Virus record (IMG/VR): IMGVR_UViG_3300037042_006844 | Location: 1 to 64,000 of that record | Strand: one strand, 5' to 3' | Length of the DNA stretch: 64,000 nucleotides | In this document: piece after piece, positions 1 through 8,608 of the stretch | Numbering within the stretch: position 1 is the stretch's first letter | Layout of the letters: every line of letters begins with the position of its first letter | Translations under genes and position numbers: made by a program | Notes under the pieces: generated by a model | Seen by the model: only the letters and a program-made list of their open reading frames with translations | The model's database searches: none | Told to the model about the DNA's origin: nothing

Positions 1-130
1 CTGGATGAACACCATCCAACAAATAATCTATACACGTTTGCGACGAGTGAATTGTGTGTGTTTTGCTGCAATGCTTTCGCAGCGATTCATATTTTTCAAA
101 TTTGACACCACATTGTTTACATATATACAT
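1..130 (-). CDS. 5' part of a C2H2 Zn-finger protein, probably another free-standing homing-endonuclease-type gene (runs off the window)
   Basis: Not in the ORF track. Manual translation from ATG at 130 gives MYICKQCGVKFEKYESLRKHCSKTHTIHSSQTCIDYLLDGVHP, open to base 1. It has a CxxC...HxxxxH finger and resembles the HIFNNTHPLCECGCG region of the 13780-15768 protein. GGGGAG SD lies 7 nt upstream. Confidence 0.7.
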   Translation of the reverse strand, partial: MYICKQCGVKFEKYESLRKHCSKTHTIHSSQTCIDYLLDGVHP

Positions 131-162
131 AAAAAAACTCCCCATACAATAAGTATAGGGAG
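131..162 (-). terminator. Rho-independent terminator after the tail tube gene
   Basis: 10-bp stem (138-147 with 153-162, one G-U pair on the minus strand) followed by T7 on the minus strand. Confidence 0.75.
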
Positions 163-179
163 GATTTTTGAAAGTGCAA
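152..179 (-). promoter_or_regulatory. sigma70-like promoter for the Zn-finger gene, overlapping the terminator
   Basis: Minus strand TTGCAC (179-174), 16-nt spacer, TATACT (157-152). Confidence 0.5.
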
Positions 180-216
180 CCTGATTTATGCTTTCTGGAG
201 CAATCAGGTCGATGCG

Positions 217-708
217 TCAATATTGCAAAATTGCATAATCTGGCTGAACCGTGAGATTGATTTTCAATGCTTCACCGTCGTTGCTCCAATCGAGCGAATT
301 GAATGAGGCTTCAGTAATGAACGATCCTTTGAGTGTCCATTCTTCGACCTTGTCGCCGACAGGACCGAGAACATTGATGGTCAAATCTTTCTTGTAGAAA
401 TCTTGATAGCCATCACGACCCGTCACAGATTCGTGATGCAGACGAACCCATTCCATGACTGCTTGTGCGCCAGATGGAACGATTGGATCATAAAGCTCCA
501 TCGTGATGGTTCCCCAAATGCTCTTGCCTTTGTAGAACGTTCTGATGTTGATGTGGTCTAATTCTTTGGCGGCCTGAGTAATTTTTGGGCGGTCCGTCTT
601 TTTGATTATGAAGGACGGCACACCGTCACAATACAAAACAAATCTGTTCTGCACCTTTGGCTCAAACGCCGTGTAAAAAATTTCTGATGGATTTAATAGT
701 TCTGCCAT
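217..708 (-). CDS. gp19: Tail tube protein (T4 gp19-like)
   Basis: 163 aa; FEPKVQNRF, RPKIT, WGTITMELYD, W-x-L-x-G-x-F and final DYA motifs typical of T4-like tube proteins; AAGGA SD. Confidence 0.9.
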   Translation of the reverse strand: MAELLNPSEIFYTAFEPKVQNRFVLYCDGVPSFIIKKTDRPKITQAAKELDHINIRTFYKGKSIWGTITMELYDPIVPSGAQAVMEWVRLHHESVTGRDGYQDFYKKDLTINVLGPVGDKVEEWTLKGSFITEASFNSLDWSNDGEALKINLTVQPDYAILQY

Positions 709-733
709 AATATTTGTCCTTTATTGTCCTAGA

Positions 734-741
734 TATAAATA
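734..741 (-). promoter_or_regulatory. Representative copy of the recurrent sense-strand TATTTAT(A/T) box (putative late promoter)
   Basis: The same box occurs upstream of minus-strand genes at 1942, 2567, 6529, 9852, 10069, 11535, 13734, 18907, 20409, 22964, 30559, 36296, 42515, 44954, 46153 and 61725. It occurs in the opposite orientation before the plus-strand genes, at 11565 and 18948. Confidence 0.75.
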
Positions 742-770
742 TGAATGGAAATCAATATTTGTTGTTTTTT

Positions 771-1934
771 TTATATTTTGTTGATATCCGCATCAATCAA
801 ATTATTAATGGTCGAACGTAATTTGCTGATATATCCACTTGCTCGCAGCAGTTTGAACACCAAATTCTCAGTGCTATATTCACCACCCGTGCTTAAACCT
901 GTTTCGCGCATATTAAATAAACGCTTAACCATGTCTTTGAGAGAATCAACACGATTCGTTTTGATAACAGCGGCGATCTCATCAGTAAATTGTTTGTATT
1001 TCTTTTTGATGGCATCTTTGTCGATTTGCACATCTTCGTGTTTTGGCTGTTTGACCCATTCATTATTGAGAATACTATATACAGCTTGGCTTCGATTTAC
1101 ATCGGCAATGTCTTGGATGTATATTTCGACCGGATGCTCATTGATGTGAATATCGTGATGCTCGTTCCACTTGTTTTTATAGCCATCCACAAGCTTTTTT
1201 ACCAGTTCCTTGTTTGGATCGATCTTGCTGAAATCGATCAAAACATGCAAATCGATATCGCTTGTTGGAGTCCAATTATAACCAGCAGTGCTACCAAGAA
1301 ACAAAACATCCTCGATTGGCGCGGTAAGTTCTGTATCTTTGTAGAAAGTAGTGGCAGTTTTTAGCAGCATATCCAGCATTTCTGGCTTGAGAGTGTTTCC
1401 TTCCCAAATCTCTGGATTAAGAATACTGTTGTATAGTCTGAATTTTTCTTTTACACCCAAAATCTCTTTGAGCTTGTTAATGGTATCAGTGGCACTGGTA
1501 TGTAACAGCCCAATGCCCCCAGCGGCTTTGAATTCATCTATTACGTCCTGTCTGTCATCTATCATGATGGCATCGGGTCCGGCGAACTTAGCCTTATCTT
1601 CCCTGTGAGAAACTAAATTAGGTTTGAAAGTTATACCGTGCTTTTTCAACCATGCTGTTTTTCCGACATTGCTTTCTGGATTGGATGAGTGACTCAAAAT
1701 TTCAGTTGGTAGCTCTTTGACAAAATTGTAAAGAACTTTTCCATCCCTCATCCAAGGCGCATCAGCATAAAAAGCAGGGCTGTTTTTGTGAACAAGCTCA
1801 TAGGTTTGTTTTTTACCATGCTCGGCTTCATATGCTGCTGGAGACCTTCCATCACTGTAATGTTCAAACTGTTTCTCCCAGTCAACTATGACTCCATCCA
1901 TGTCAAGATAGATTTTATACTTACTGTGTATCAT
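771..1934 (-). CDS. HAD-family 5'(3')-nucleotidase-like domain fused to a pol-beta-superfamily nucleotidyltransferase
   Basis: N-terminal YLDMDGV (HAD motif I), K..W and MIDDR (motif IV); C-terminal LGSTAGYNW..SDIDLH (GS + DxD) and VEIYIQD. Confidence 0.8.
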   Translation of the reverse strand: MIHSKYKIYLDMDGVIVDWEKQFEHYSDGRSPAAYEAEHGKKQTYELVHKNSPAFYADAPWMRDGKVLYNFVKELPTEILSHSSNPESNVGKTAWLKKHGITFKPNLVSHREDKAKFAGPDAIMIDDRQDVIDEFKAAGGIGLLHTSATDTINKLKEILGVKEKFRLYNSILNPEIWEGNTLKPEMLDMLLKTATTFYKDTELTAPIEDVLFLGSTAGYNWTPTSDIDLHVLIDFSKIDPNKELVKKLVDGYKNKWNEHHDIHINEHPVEIYIQDIADVNRSQAVYSILNNEWVKQPKHEDVQIDKDAIKKKYKQFTDEIAAVIKTNRVDSLKDMVKRLFNMRETGLSTGGEYSTENLVFKLLRASGYISKLRSTINNLIDADINKI

Positions 1935-2046
1935 CTGTTATAATAAATATATGCTACCTGCTTATTCTTCTAAGCCTAAGCTTATATTAGCTTCTTTAGT
2001 TCTAGTATTCATATTCTAAATAATTAACTAACTGAGCACTTCAAGC

Positions 2047-2250
2047 TCAATGCTTATAGCTTATGCTTTCTATACCTGGTCTGTCAAGATATAAGAAGTC
2101 CAAACCCACTGTTAAGTCTAATTTTATTTTGCCAGACTGGTATTTATAACGAAACAAGTCAAGAAACTCACATATTTCTTGACTTTCCCTATTTTCAGTT
2201 AAGGGTTCGTAATATGTGTTATCAGAATACTGCTCAAACCTGATGTTCAC
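2047..2250 (-). CDS. Small hypothetical protein
   Basis: 67-aa ORF (GTG start) preceded by a TACTTATT variant of the late box 4 nt upstream. Confidence 0.5.
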   Translation of the reverse strand: MNIRFEQYSDNTYYEPLTENRESQEICEFLDLFRYKYQSGKIKLDLTVGLDFLYLDRPGIESISYKH

Positions 2251-2268
2251 ATATAATAAGTATGAAGC

Positions 2269-2562
2269 TTATTTTGTGGTCGGCTTAAAAGTTCCATCTT
2301 TCAGACTCAACACACCGTCACCATATTTCTGACTTAATTGCTGCAACAAAGTATTTTCTTCAGTTTGGACTTTTTTCCATTCGTCAAAAATCTTGGTTCG
2401 CTCACTAGCTAAATCAGCTTTTTGTTGTTCCATTTGTTGTTCCAATTCAACTTTGGCAAGTTCCAGCTGTCCAAGTTCAAAAATCTTTTGTTGATACTTG
2501 GCTTGAAGTTGCGCAATTGCTTGCATTTCTTGTTCCGTGAATTTTGTAACGTTTTCGTTCAT
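2269..2562 (-). CDS. Small coiled-coil protein, possibly a fibre assembly chaperone
   Basis: Q/E-rich heptads, C-terminal KYGDGVLSLKDGTF; lies next to fibre genes; late box 4 nt upstream. Confidence 0.6.
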   Translation of the reverse strand: MNENVTKFTEQEMQAIAQLQAKYQQKIFELGQLELAKVELEQQMEQQKADLASERTKIFDEWKKVQTEENTLLQQLSQKYGDGVLSLKDGTFKPTTK

Positions 2563-2599
2563 ATGATATAAATACCGCAGGTTGCCCCGATCCGCATTT

Positions 2600-4033
2600 T
2601 TATATTACAGTTTGTAGCTTGTCAACGTCTTTACGCTCTGCGTTGATCATGTAATAAAAATCAACTTTTGGTTGAGAAAATATTTTTTTGAAAAGGCTCG
2701 TTTTGCGGTCTACTCCAATGTATGCTTTGTTATTTTCTATTTTCTCAACATAGTAAACGTCTGGTGAACCTATTGGGGTGAGATGCACAGTGATTGAGGC
2801 TTCATCAACTAACCAAGACCAGTATTCAGGAAATTCTATGACCAATGTATTGTTCCGACCACGAACGAAAACTGCATGTTCTGGACCTTCCAAAGTCGCA
2901 TGGACCAATCGTTTTCCAGGCTGGTCTTGGTGCTGAATCACGAACGCTTTGGTAGTTGCTGCAAAACTGCCGTTGACTTCAAGATTGAACGCTGGTTGTG
3001 ATTCATTGATACCGACTCGACTGCCAGTGATATAAAATACAGTTGAGTTATCGAGTTTGCTGACAACTCTAAATGGTGCTGCGCTGCCACTGGCTAGAAT
3101 CTGTCCTTCAACGAGTAGATTTCTGCCAATAGTAACATCGTTCAGAACATCTAAATTGTTGTTGACCGTCGCATTTAACGTGGTAAGCTGGTCTTCAATG
3201 ACGGCAGTTCCAGCTAACAAAGAGCCAATGTCGGCACGGCTCGCGCTCAAACTGCCACTCAAAACAAGACCATCACTTTTATCAACCCAAACACCTTCAG
3301 CAGCATCGTAAACAAAAAACGAATTATCGTGAGGATGTTTGCTGCTACTAAAATTGCTGATTTCGTCGAGTGTTACTGGCTGACGCAGATCGACGTAAAT
3401 TTCACCAGTCGAGCTATTGACAGTGGTTACATAACCAATTTTAACCAAATCGATGGGAGGATGCGGACGAATGTTTGTGAATGACCCAGAAATTGTGGCA
3501 CTCAAATAAACAGTATCACCATCGGCATATCCAGTGTTTGTATTGAGACCGCCCAAATACCCAGATGTCAATACATAACCATCTGCACCTGGAGCAATGT
3601 TGTCGTTTGCAACGCCCAAAACATCGCTGGTAACTTCGCTGCCCAATTCATGAACCATTGCGACAGCTAAATCCACGACTACATATGAACTACCAGTGCT
3701 GCCAATAACCCTAACTACTTGACCTTTGTTGATGGTGACTCCGCTGCCATTTTTAACGATCACCAAAGAATTTTCAGCATTCGCTGAAAATGCGACCAAA
3801 TCGCTGTTTGTTGTGCCGTCGCGATACCAATATTTATACGATGTTCCGCCAACCACCAAACGCACTTCCATCGATTGATAGCGAATTTCTGCTGGAATAG
3901 CTATATTTGCCGCAACAACTGCGGCTGCAATGGTATCAACTGAGCCAGTATAAGGACCAGACCAGCTATCCACGGGCAGTGGATTAACTGGTTGAACTCC
4001 GTATACTAGTTGTAAACCTTGCGTTAATGGCAT
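2600..4033 (-). CDS. Tail fibre/spike-like protein with a C-terminal chaperone-like domain
   Basis: Beta-rich G/S/T/V sequence, VGINESQP repeat-type motif, C-terminal KAFVIQH...LVHATLEGPEHAVFVRG segment seen in fibre proteins of large phages. Confidence 0.65.
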   Translation of the reverse strand: MPLTQGLQLVYGVQPVNPLPVDSWSGPYTGSVDTIAAAVVAANIAIPAEIRYQSMEVRLVVGGTSYKYWYRDGTTNSDLVAFSANAENSLVIVKNGSGVTINKGQVVRVIGSTGSSYVVVDLAVAMVHELGSEVTSDVLGVANDNIAPGADGYVLTSGYLGGLNTNTGYADGDTVYLSATISGSFTNIRPHPPIDLVKIGYVTTVNSSTGEIYVDLRQPVTLDEISNFSSSKHPHDNSFFVYDAAEGVWVDKSDGLVLSGSLSASRADIGSLLAGTAVIEDQLTTLNATVNNNLDVLNDVTIGRNLLVEGQILASGSAAPFRVVSKLDNSTVFYITGSRVGINESQPAFNLEVNGSFAATTKAFVIQHQDQPGKRLVHATLEGPEHAVFVRGRNNTLVIEFPEYWSWLVDEASITVHLTPIGSPDVYYVEKIENNKAYIGVDRKTSLFKKIFSQPKVDFYYMINAERKDVDKLQTVI

Positions 4034-4046
4034 AATTCGTTATTTC

Positions 4047-6521
4047 TCACGCTCTGGTCGTTTGATGTCTGTGCGATGCGCTATATGGTAGAGCGTTTGT
4101 CAACGTATACACACGATACGATACAGCATTTCCGCCAGCATCATTCACGTTAAACGTTGACAATATATAATTAGCAGTAATGTTGGCGTTTAATGCGTCC
4201 AAATCCAATACTTGTGTAATAGCCAATGTTGCGGGCATTGCACTAGTGAAAATTGCATTTGTGGTTCCTGTGAGCAAATTATATGGATTGCTACCGTCTG
4301 TGAAAATTCTGGTGCCCAGTGCTCTTACTGCTGCGGAATTGAGTGGCGCAGTCGCAACTGGACCGTAGTATATCATATACAAAAACGTAATGGTTGTTGT
4401 GCTTCCAGTTGTTGTAGTAAATGCATCGACCACAACCACTCTATATCCAACGCTGGTTGTGCCAACTGAAGTTGGGGTATGAGATGTGGATGGTATTGTG
4501 GCAGATGCGCCCGAGATAGGAATCGCCGAAAGTCCTGGAACGTCGCTCCACGTTCCGCCGTTAATTTGAAACTGCACACTATAGCTACTTAGTGCCACAT
4601 TTGCGCTGTTTCGAGTAATCGTTCCACTCAAAGTTGTGGCGGTGTTTCCACGCTCACGCTTTGTGTTGGTTTCTGGGGATGCGATGGATGTTCCCACAAC
4701 CGATAGCGAAATTGATGGAGCAACATACGCAGCAGGAGTAATGTTTACAGTTGCTGTTGCAGTGCCGCCAACATTATCAGTCACAATATAACGATAGTTG
4801 AATGGTTGCGTGTTATATGCAGAGTCTACATAATTGTGCGTGTATGTAGTAATTCCAGTGTTAGTTGACAATACAACCCAAGAGCCAGCACCATTACGTC
4901 TCCATTCCAAACTTACGGTTGCTGCCGTAGTTCCTGGGGCATGAATAACATAACTAAAATTAAGAACGTTTGCTATTGCAGTTTGGTTAAACGCAATAGA
5001 TGTGGGAGAACTGAGATTGACTGTTGGATTAATTGGTTCAACTATCGCCAAAGCAATAACTTCTGCTGGAGTTTTTCCAGTTGCTGGAATGGTCTCACCG
5101 CTGGCATATTTACCAAACGTTTTTCCTCCCGACAGATACACAATCAAATCTGTTGTAAATATATTCGCACGGGTGGCAAAAGATGCACTATTAACAAATG
5201 AGGCTGTGTTGGCTATGTCTGCGTGCGATGCACTTCTAGCAAACGAAGCACTTTTAACGAAAGATGCGCTTCTTGCGAGTTCAACGAAAGACGCACTTTT
5301 TGCGAATGATGCTGTATTAGCAAGTGATGCGGTGTTGGCAATATTGGCAAACGAAGCAGATTTTGCCATGTTTGCGAAAGATGCACTACGAGCAACTGAA
5401 GCACTGCGTGCATACGACGCACTCCAAGCTATTTGCGCAAAAGAAGCACTTCTAGCAACTGACGCAGATTGTGCTGTTTGAGCAAAAGATGCCGAATTAG
5501 CCCACGATGCGGAGTTTGCAAATTTGGCTGTGCTCGCAGAACGTGCAAACGATGCACTTTTTGCCAGTGACGCACTTCTGGCAAATGACGCAGTTTTTGC
5601 TGTATCTGCAAAAGAAGCACTTTGTGCGTTCCAAGCAATTTGAGCAAAAGACGCGCTTCGTGCAACCGAAGCACTGTATGCAAACGATGCGCTTCTAGCA
5701 ACTGACGCAGATTGTGCTGTTTGAGCAAAAGATGCACTACGAGCAACCGAAGCACTATGAGCATATGATGCGCTCCATGCTGTTTGAGCAAAAGATGCAC
5801 TACGAGCAACCGAAGCACTATGAGCATATGATGCGCTGTTGGCGAATGATGCGCTTTTTGCCAGTGAGGCACTTTTTGCGAATGAAGCACTTGTAGCACT
5901 CCATGCTGTTTGAGCAAAAGATGCACTATGAGCATATGATGCGCTTCTAGCAATTTGAGCAAAAGATGCACTTCTAGTAAACGATGCCGATTCCGCTCTA
6001 CTTGCAAATGAAGCACTTTTTGCAACTGAAGCACTGTGAGCATACGACGAACTCCAAGCTATTTGAGCAAAAGATGCGCTTTTTGCAACTGAAGCACTGC
6101 GTGCCCATGAAGCCGTATTGGCGAACAATGCAAGGCTGGCAGATACAGCACTATGAGCAAACGAAGCCGTGTGCGCAACGGATGCTGTAATGGGATATGT
6201 GCTACCAGTGTGTAAAATCGTCCCACCGCCAGCTGCCCAGCTTGCGCTGTTCGCCCAACTGCTTGTAATGGGATATGTGCTGCCAGTATGCAGCTGCGAT
6301 CCGCCACCAGGAGCCCAGCTTGAGCTATGGGCAAAAGATGCACTATGGGCAACTGAAGCACTAATTGCGAATCCAACGTGCAACGAACTAGATGGGACCA
6401 TTATAGGGTCCAGATTTTCATCAAACACCAATACTGAAGCAGAGTGCGGTCTAATGATCTGTTCTACGAAAGAACTCGCACTTCGTCTACTTACAAGTAA
6501 GTCGTTATTTTGAAAAATCAT
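4047..6521 (-). CDS. Fibre-like structural protein with a long SASFA-type (X-Ala-Y)n repeat and C-terminal Ig/beta-rich domains
   Basis: 824 aa; ~340-aa repeat region; T/S/V-rich beta-sandwich-like C-terminus; late box 7 nt upstream. Confidence 0.7.
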   Translation of the reverse strand: MIFQNNDLLVSRRSASSFVEQIIRPHSASVLVFDENLDPIMVPSSSLHVGFAISASVAHSASFAHSSSWAPGGGSQLHTGSTYPITSSWANSASWAAGGGTILHTGSTYPITASVAHTASFAHSAVSASLALFANTASWARSASVAKSASFAQIAWSSSYAHSASVAKSASFASRAESASFTRSASFAQIARSASYAHSASFAQTAWSATSASFAKSASLAKSASFANSASYAHSASVARSASFAQTAWSASYAHSASVARSASFAQTAQSASVARSASFAYSASVARSASFAQIAWNAQSASFADTAKTASFARSASLAKSASFARSASTAKFANSASWANSASFAQTAQSASVARSASFAQIAWSASYARSASVARSASFANMAKSASFANIANTASLANTASFAKSASFVELARSASFVKSASFARSASHADIANTASFVNSASFATRANIFTTDLIVYLSGGKTFGKYASGETIPATGKTPAEVIALAIVEPINPTVNLSSPTSIAFNQTAIANVLNFSYVIHAPGTTAATVSLEWRRNGAGSWVVLSTNTGITTYTHNYVDSAYNTQPFNYRYIVTDNVGGTATATVNITPAAYVAPSISLSVVGTSIASPETNTKRERGNTATTLSGTITRNSANVALSSYSVQFQINGGTWSDVPGLSAIPISGASATIPSTSHTPTSVGTTSVGYRVVVVDAFTTTTGSTTTITFLYMIYYGPVATAPLNSAAVRALGTRIFTDGSNPYNLLTGTTNAIFTSAMPATLAITQVLDLDALNANITANYILSTFNVNDAGGNAVSYRVYTLTNALPYSASHRHQTTRA
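5165..6200 (-). repeat. Coding tandem repeat (3- and 6-aa units, Ala at nearly every third residue); includes a near-perfect 63-nt tandem duplication at about 5718-5837
   Basis: Read directly: HSASVA RSASFA QTA WSASYA units; DNA unit tgtttgagcaaaagatgcactacgagcaaccgaagcactatgagcatatgatgcgct starts at 5718 and at 5781. Confidence 0.9.
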
Positions 6522-6558
6522 ACTCTACAATAAATATGGAACACTCTGATTTCCCACA

Positions 6559-8034
6559 TTAAAATGTTTCGCCTGTTTCGCCGATGATAGCAATTGGAAC
6601 TCTATGCCAAGCATTGCTTGAATATATATAGAAATAACTTCCGTCATAACTAATCCACCCATCCTCTCCATAATCGGTCGATTGATATGGAACTTGATAA
6701 TAGAATTTGTCTGGAGACCGCTGAAAAATTCTGAATGCTGTATTAATCGGTCGAACTGAAGTGGTATAAATTGGTAGATCGTTACAATCGTAACCGCTGA
6801 TATACGCTCCTGCAATTGAATCGAAATCGAATTCTGGAATTGGTCGGCGCAACCATCCATACGGACTTCTATAAACGTAAATATAGCTTTCATCGTATGC
6901 GAGCCAGCCGTTTTCTCCATAGCTTGTGGTGGAAGCTGGTGCTGGCCGGAACATTGTCTTTACTATAATTGGAGGCACCGGCGGGGTCATAGAAGCAGGA
7001 AGCGATCTATTGGTGTTGATATACTCCACGCCCACATTTTTCAAATATCCATATGGACTTGAAGATGCTATAGCATTGTTTTTCACTATCGACATATCGT
7101 TTTCGCCAATAACATGATCCGTGACCATAATTTTTCTGACAGTAAACGTTTTGAATGTTGTGGATTTCACACCATCAATTGTCTCTGGGAGCAGATATGC
7201 ATTGGTGATCAAATTGAATGTTGTTTTGATATTTCTATCCTCACCATTGGCAATTTCCACCGTGTTGGTGTAATCGTCAATACGAGTTCTGAATCTAAAA
7301 TCATCCACACCCCAATAATCGTGTGTGGCAAAATTGATCTTTTCCAGTAATGCATTATTTTGATCAACGAAATCCGTCCATAATATGCACTCATACGTTA
7401 TAATAACGTGGTCGGGCATCGTCACGTTGAAAATTTGTTTGGTCGGTTTATTTTTGAATGGATTGCGTTCATTCAAAACGTCGAATTTGTCATACTTGTT
7501 TTTTTGATTAAATTTGGTTACGACTTGGTATGACAAATACCGATTGAACGTCATTAAATCTTTATTATTGCTGACGTTTGTGCGTTTAATCAACATTGCG
7601 GGCAGAAGGATTTTACCTTGATTGTCACGCAAATATCCGTCTCGTCTAACAGCATTCCAACGCTCTGGGCTTGCATACAAAACGGGAACCTTGACAAGCG
7701 AGCCATTGTCCATTACGCTTAAACCGACACGATCAGATAGATGCTTCATTATTGTCGTATCAATTTGAAGCAACGATACCGAAAAATTCTCGGTTCCATC
7801 TTGGTCACGACGAATGGCAAATTCTTTTTTATAGCCACCCTCCAAAGGTATTGGGCTGTTATCGTCATCCAACAATGGAATGCGGCGACCCGAGATAATC
7901 AAACCAGTATCGTCGGATTGCACATCTGGAGAACGTATGTCCGACAGGTTCGAATTCTTCTGCTTTGGATTTGGTGCGGGGTTGATCCCCAATCCATTCT
8001 GCTGTTTTGAAGTTGGATTACCTTGCCACGACAT
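6559..8034 (-). CDS. gp15: Tail sheath stabiliser/completion protein (gp15-like) with a C-terminal extension
   Basis: KVPVLYASPERW, LPAMLIKR, PDHVIITYECILWT...LEKI motifs match the gp15 pattern; gene order gp13-gp14-gp15. Confidence 0.75.
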   Translation of the reverse strand: MSWQGNPTSKQQNGLGINPAPNPKQKNSNLSDIRSPDVQSDDTGLIISGRRIPLLDDDNSPIPLEGGYKKEFAIRRDQDGTENFSVSLLQIDTTIMKHLSDRVGLSVMDNGSLVKVPVLYASPERWNAVRRDGYLRDNQGKILLPAMLIKRTNVSNNKDLMTFNRYLSYQVVTKFNQKNKYDKFDVLNERNPFKNKPTKQIFNVTMPDHVIITYECILWTDFVDQNNALLEKINFATHDYWGVDDFRFRTRIDDYTNTVEIANGEDRNIKTTFNLITNAYLLPETIDGVKSTTFKTFTVRKIMVTDHVIGENDMSIVKNNAIASSSPYGYLKNVGVEYINTNRSLPASMTPPVPPIIVKTMFRPAPASTTSYGENGWLAYDESYIYVYRSPYGWLRRPIPEFDFDSIAGAYISGYDCNDLPIYTTSVRPINTAFRIFQRSPDKFYYQVPYQSTDYGEDGWISYDGSYFYIYSSNAWHRVPIAIIGETGETF

Positions 8035-8037
8035 AGA

Positions 8038-8604
8038 TTATGACTGCCTTTCTACGACATTTAGTTTGCTCAATCTGCTATAATGAGTATTGCAAAGAAA
8101 ACTCCAAGATTTGTCGGGATGACCTCCCAAAAATTGCTCTTGAATAACATTGTCAATTTCGTAAAACCGCTCATTATAAAGCAGAATATCGCCGATTTCT
8201 GGGAAAAACCCAGTTCTGACACAATCACGCTCTCTGAATTTATAGACCACACTTTGATTACGATCAGGTCCAAACCCTTGATTATCATCACCAGATATGT
8301 CCTCACGTTGAATCAACGCGGTCATGTCGATACCAGAGTAAAAAGTCTTGCCAGTATCGCTTGAACTTTCTCCGTAAACATTGACAGAGGTTTCTGCCGC
8401 TGCAATTTTGAACAATTGCACAACACACTCAATGATATCTCCAAGCAGTTCTGCATTAACAGAGCCGAGCATGTTCATATCACGCTGCGAAAAGAACCTA
8501 CCGGGCGAATAGGTCGGACTATAAATACCCACGTCTTTACGTCCGTTCGTCCAGTATTGCGGAAAAAGGTTTTTCGGATACTGTTTTGTTACTGGTGCAG
8601 CCAT
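8038..8604 (-). CDS. gp14: Neck/head completion protein (gp14-like)
   Basis: FPEIGDILLYNERFYEIDNV motif; lies between the gp13-like and gp15-like genes. Confidence 0.7.
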   Translation of the reverse strand: MAAPVTKQYPKNLFPQYWTNGRKDVGIYSPTYSPGRFFSQRDMNMLGSVNAELLGDIIECVVQLFKIAAAETSVNVYGESSSDTGKTFYSGIDMTALIQREDISGDDNQGFGPDRNQSVVYKFRERDCVRTGFFPEIGDILLYNERFYEIDNVIQEQFLGGHPDKSWSFLCNTHYSRLSKLNVVERQS

Positions 8605-8608
8605 GTTT

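Noticed and set aside
734-741. TATAAATA as a canonical T4 late promoter firing on the plus strand
   Set aside because: At most sites no plus-strand gene follows, and the box sits at a fixed short distance from minus-strand starts, so the functional orientation appears to be TATTTATW.
5165-6200. Repeat array as a possible CRISPR or DGR template
   Set aside because: Repeats are in-frame multiples of 9/18 nt within one ORF with no unique spacers; no cas or reverse transcriptase gene is in the window.
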